A stretch of DNA of 34,744 bases from Octopus bimaculoides. Its lineage: Eukaryota. A program made the position numbers and the translations under genes. The stretch spans positions 78,877,239 to 78,911,982 of the forward strand of contig NC_068985.1 of assembly GCF_001194135.2 (NCBI RefSeq). The letters are read 5' to 3'. Of the stretch, positions 31,131-34,744 are shown one piece after another; the first letter of the stretch is position 1; every line of letters begins with the position of its first letter. The notes beneath the pieces are model-generated. The model did no database searches and was not told where the DNA came from. It was given only the letters and a program-made list of their open reading frames with translations.

Positions 31131-31374
31131 GATACAAGGCCACATTTTATAAGAGAGGGGCATTTTCCTTTATTCAGTGGATCACAGTAAATGTCTAATA
31201 ATTTATTCTATATGTGAAGGTGATTGTAAGGTTGTGAGCTCAATTCCTGAATCAAGTAGGTCACTGTGTCTTTGGGTACAGCACTTCATTTCTGAAAATG
31301 AGTTCTGTTTACTGCAGAGTGACATCTTGCAGATTATTACACCCACAAATCTTGCAAAGAAGTCAGTCATTGTC

Positions 31375-31560
31375 ATTTAACATACATTTTCCATCCTGGC
31401 ATGGGTTAGATAGTTTGACTGGAACTAGTAAGCCAGAGAGCTGCACCAGGCTCCTGTGTGTTTTGGTTTCATTTCTAAGGTGGACGCCTTTCCTAGCGCC
31501 AACCACTTCACAGAGTGGCACTGGATGCCTTTTACATGTAGTGACATGGATGACTGTGTT
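31375..31560 (-). mobile_element. Retroposon family D 3' part
   Basis: TTTCCATCCTGGCATGGGTTAGATAG...CCTAGCGCCAACCAC...GATGCCTTTTACATG. Confidence 0.75.
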
Positions 31561-31764
31561 ATTTGATGCTTATGGCACATGGGAGGATTACTTAATTCAT
31601 TGATCCCAAGAACTGACTAGTGCAGTTTGAACTCAGAATATAAGGCAAAACTAGATATTATAAGGCATATGGTTCAATACTCCACTGTTTCTGTCAACAA
31701 ACACAAGAAATAAGTGACAATGGCAAAGACATATCAATGGAAACAACATCAACAAACCACTAGG

Positions 31765-31990
31765 GACCTTTGACAAAGGAACTCCACCTGCTAGAAATAA
31801 CAGTCAAATTTCCCTCAAATCATACACAACTTTTTTGAACAAGGATATTGTATAATGTAGTCAGTACTACATAACCCAGAAGAGTAGGGATGGTCATGGC
31901 TACAATGCTTTTGGTTATGTCAGCTTGTTGAGGGCTGTCCTGTGACTAAACATCAGCATCACTACCACCAACACCACCACCAACATCACC
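31765..31990 (+). mobile_element. Family C repeat with (CAC/CAA)n tail
   Basis: ACCTGCTAGAAATAACAGTCAAATTTCCCTCAAATC...GGATGGTCATGGCTACAATGC...GACTAAACATCAGCATC. Confidence 0.7.
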
Positions 31991-32667
31991 ATCAACAACA
32001 ACAAACAAAATAACATCTAATTGGCCAATGAAATTTAAAATATGTTATTCGGGATTTTTCCATGTAAATCTAGTTACATGTTTTAAAAATAAATACAAGA
32101 CTGAATTGTAATTAACACTTTTCAAAATAATCACAAAATTTAATTACATGGAAAAAAGAAATTATCTATGATAAGGACCTCTTTAATTAATTTACTTTGT
32201 TTAATTTTCTGTTTTTCATTTCTTTATTGTTTTGTATGGTCTCTTATTTATGTATTGAATAAACCCAAATGAAACACGAAACATTAGTCAATACAGACAT
32301 ATTGGTTCAAATAACACATTTTTTTGAAAATTAAATTATTGAAAGTAAGAAAGAAATAATTAATAAGATATATCTTTTCTTGATAAAATTTACATGGCTT
32401 GTAATTACATTCTAATTTAGTTGATAAAAATAACAGTGATTATTATATATATATATTCTTTTTTTCTCACAATGTTTAAGTATACAGACTGATGCAATAT
32501 TGCTTACACACTGCTATATTGTTATATTATTAAATAATATAATATAATAAAAGAGTAACTTGGGATGTCAGCTGAGTTTGTGGATTCTAAGTGACAGTAA
32601 AGTGGTTTGAATGTGAGTCTCAGGATGTTATTGGTAAATGATAATTATAGGATTTGGGGAATTTCTC

Positions 32668-33535
32668 AACAGGCATAGCTGTATGGTAAGAAGCTTGCTT
32701 CTCAATTACATGGTTCCAGGTTCAGTTCCACAGCATGCATGGCACCTTTGGCAAGTGTCTTCTACTATAGCTTTGAGCTAACAAAAGCCTTGTGAGTGGA
32801 TTTGGTAGACAGAAACTGAAAGGAACCCATTATATATATACTCTGATTCCAACAAGCCATGAAAAGTTAAGAAACCAGTGCGCTGAGACTGAAATTTAAA
32901 AAAGAACTACATGCATCACGACAGAAATTGTTAAAAAAAACATTTTTCTTTATCTCCTCTTTTTTCTCTACCTTCTCCATTTTTTTAATACAAAAACTTA
33001 ATATGACTGGACTTTCAATAATATGCATTTGTTATGATCTTCATTGATATTACTATCGTTCCCTGTGAAACTCATTGAAATTTCAGTGAACATTTGATGG
33101 TCTAAACATGTTTGCCTAATTTTTACCTTTTAATTTTAAACTTTCCTATGCCCCCCGCCCCACCTCTTTTTTTTATATATATATTTGTACCAGCGATAAG
33201 CAGAAAATTGTCGAAACTAGTTTGGTATGTGAATAAATCTATTTAAAAACGACTACGCTTTTCAGATTGAGATGCATTTTCAAACCTCAAAACAAATTCT
33301 CCTATATGTATATGTTTTTGTGTCTGTGTTTGTCTCCCACTACTGCTTGACACCTGTGTTGGTGTGTTTACAACCTTGTAACTAAGCAGTTTAGCAAAAG
33401 AGAAAGACAGAATAAGTACTAGGCTTTAAAAAAGAGGAAAAAAAGTCCTGGGGTTGATTTGTTTGACTGAAACCCTTCAAGGTAGTGCCCCAGTATGGCC
33501 ACAGTCAAATGAGTGGAACAAGTAAAATATAAAAG
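32668..33535 (+). mobile_element. SINE family A split in two (32668-32835, 33300-33535) by ~465 bp within its TA tract
   Basis: The head ends GACAGAAACTGAAAGGAACCCATTATATATATA. The 3' half resumes TATATGTATATGTTTTTGTGTCTGTGTTTGTCTCCCAC. Confidence 0.8.
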
Positions 33536-33794
33536 ATACTAGTAAAGCAAGGAAACTGGATATGATCATAAATGCAAATATATATATGTATATATTGTAA
33601 ATTCTGGGTTGAGAAACCCTTTTGGAGAGAAGTCAAAAGCTACCTATATATCTACAGGGGATGTGGGCTTGTGCGCCACAGGTGGCTTTTGAATTTTTGC
33701 ATCCAAAAAGTCTTTTACAACCAAATTTTTACATGCTATTATTTATAGCTTTATATGTGCTCTGAAATCTAGTTCCAAATATATACATATATAC

Positions 33795-34130
33795 GTGCAA
33801 GCGTAGCTGTGTGGGAAGAAGCTTCAGGTTCAGTCCTACTGCATGGTATCTTGGGCAACTGTCTTCTACTATAGCCTTAGGCAGACCAAAGCCTTGTGAG
33901 TGGATTTGGAAGATGGAAACTAAAAGGAACCCATACTATATATATATGTCTTTGTCCTCCCATCACTGCTTGACAACCGGTGTTGGTGTGTTTATGTCCC
34001 TGTAACTTAGTGGTTTGGCAAAAGAGACCGCTAGAATAAGTACTAGGCTTAAAAAAATAACTCCTGGTGTTGGTTTGTTTGACTAAAAACCCTTCACAGC
34101 AGTGCTCCAGCATGAACAAGCAAAACATAA
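33795..34130 (+). mobile_element. SINE family A, degenerate full length
   Basis: GCGTAGCTGTGTGGGAAGAAGCTTCAGGTTCAGTCC...GCAGTGCTCCAGCATG. Confidence 0.85.
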
Positions 34131-34169
34131 ACACACACAGTATGTATGTGTGTGTGTGTGTATTTAAGT

Positions 34170-34403
34170 TTATATTTATGATTCCCTTCATTCACAAATG
34201 AGCATGGGATTGCATCTAGATAGCTTCCTTCCAAGGCTTAAGTCTAGGTAAGGCAAAGGCCAATACAGCTTGGCACCAATGATATCACAACTCATTTCTA
34301 CAGCTGAGTGAACTGGAGCAACATGAAATAAAGTGTCTTGCTCAAGAACACAACACACAACTTGATTGTAAGCCTGACACTCTAGTCACTGAGCCATGCA
34401 CCT
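34170..34403 (-). mobile_element. SINE family F-type head/core with tail type 3
   Basis: Reverse complement: AGGTGCATGGCTCAGTG...TGTTCTTGAGCAAGACACTTTATTTCATGTTGCTCCAGTTCACTCAGCTGTAGAAATGAGTTGTGATATCATTGGTGCCAAGC. Confidence 0.75.
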
Positions 34404-34404
34404 A

Positions 34405-34744
34405 TCATCATCATCATCATCATCATCATCATCGTTTAACGTCCACTTTCCATGCTAGCATGGGTTGGACGATTTGACTGAGGACTGGTGAAACCGGATG
34501 GCAACACCAGGCTCCAATCTAATTTGGCAGAGTTTCTACAGCTGGATGCCCTTCCTAATGCCAACCACTCAGAGAGTGTAGTGGGTGCTTTTACGTGTCA
34601 CCCGCACAAAAACGGCCACACTCGAAATGGTGTCTTTTATGTGCCACCCGCACAAGAGCCAGTCCAGGGGCACTGGCAACAATCTCGTTCGAAAACCCTA
34701 CAAAGGCCAGTCAGGTGGTACTGGCAATGGTCACGCTCAAGATG
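34405..34744 (-). mobile_element. Retroposon family D, young copy running off the window, (GAT)n tail
   Basis: (CAT)n CGTTTAACGTCCACTTTCCATGCTAGCATGGGTTGGACG...GGATGCCCTTCCTAATGCCAACCAC. Confidence 0.9.

Noticed and set aside
33654-33720. CAGGGG-starting possible hAT end
   Set aside because: No partner TIR or TSD.

Overview
Eukaryotic, AT-rich, repeat-saturated draft-assembly sequence with three large N gaps (2338-2715, 14749-15409, 29427-30381) and two 10-N gaps inside microsatellites. It reads as intronic or intergenic DNA. From recall of the repeat landscape (tRNA-headed SINEs, (TA)n/(CA)n/(GAT)n/(AAAG)n tracts) I infer a coleoid cephalopod, most likely Octopus; this is not a database result. 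I found no intact protein-coding gene, rRNA, tRNA gene or CRISPR array. Recognisable coding relics all come from transposons: a Penelope-like GIY-YIG C-terminus (1-339), two RTE-type reverse transcriptase fragments (7720-7935 +, 8340-8830 -), an internally deleted mariner with TIRs (9850-10585) and a mariner MITE family keeping the last transposase codons (11123-11331, 26147-26363). Two hAT MITEs have 8-bp TSDs and a piggyBac-like MITE sits in a TTAA site. Dozens of SINE/retroposon copies fall into families I label locally A-G; their boundaries are read by eye and approximate. The most interesting signals are a hammerhead-ribozyme-like motif behind the Penelope relic, a ~100-nt pre-miRNA-like hairpin at 15441-15540, a minisatellite made of SINE tail plus target site, a ~750-bp fold-back structure, and head/tail module swapping among SINEs. 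Several candidate exons of an unidentified host gene are listed at low confidence. I see no evidence for a wholly new multi-gene system.
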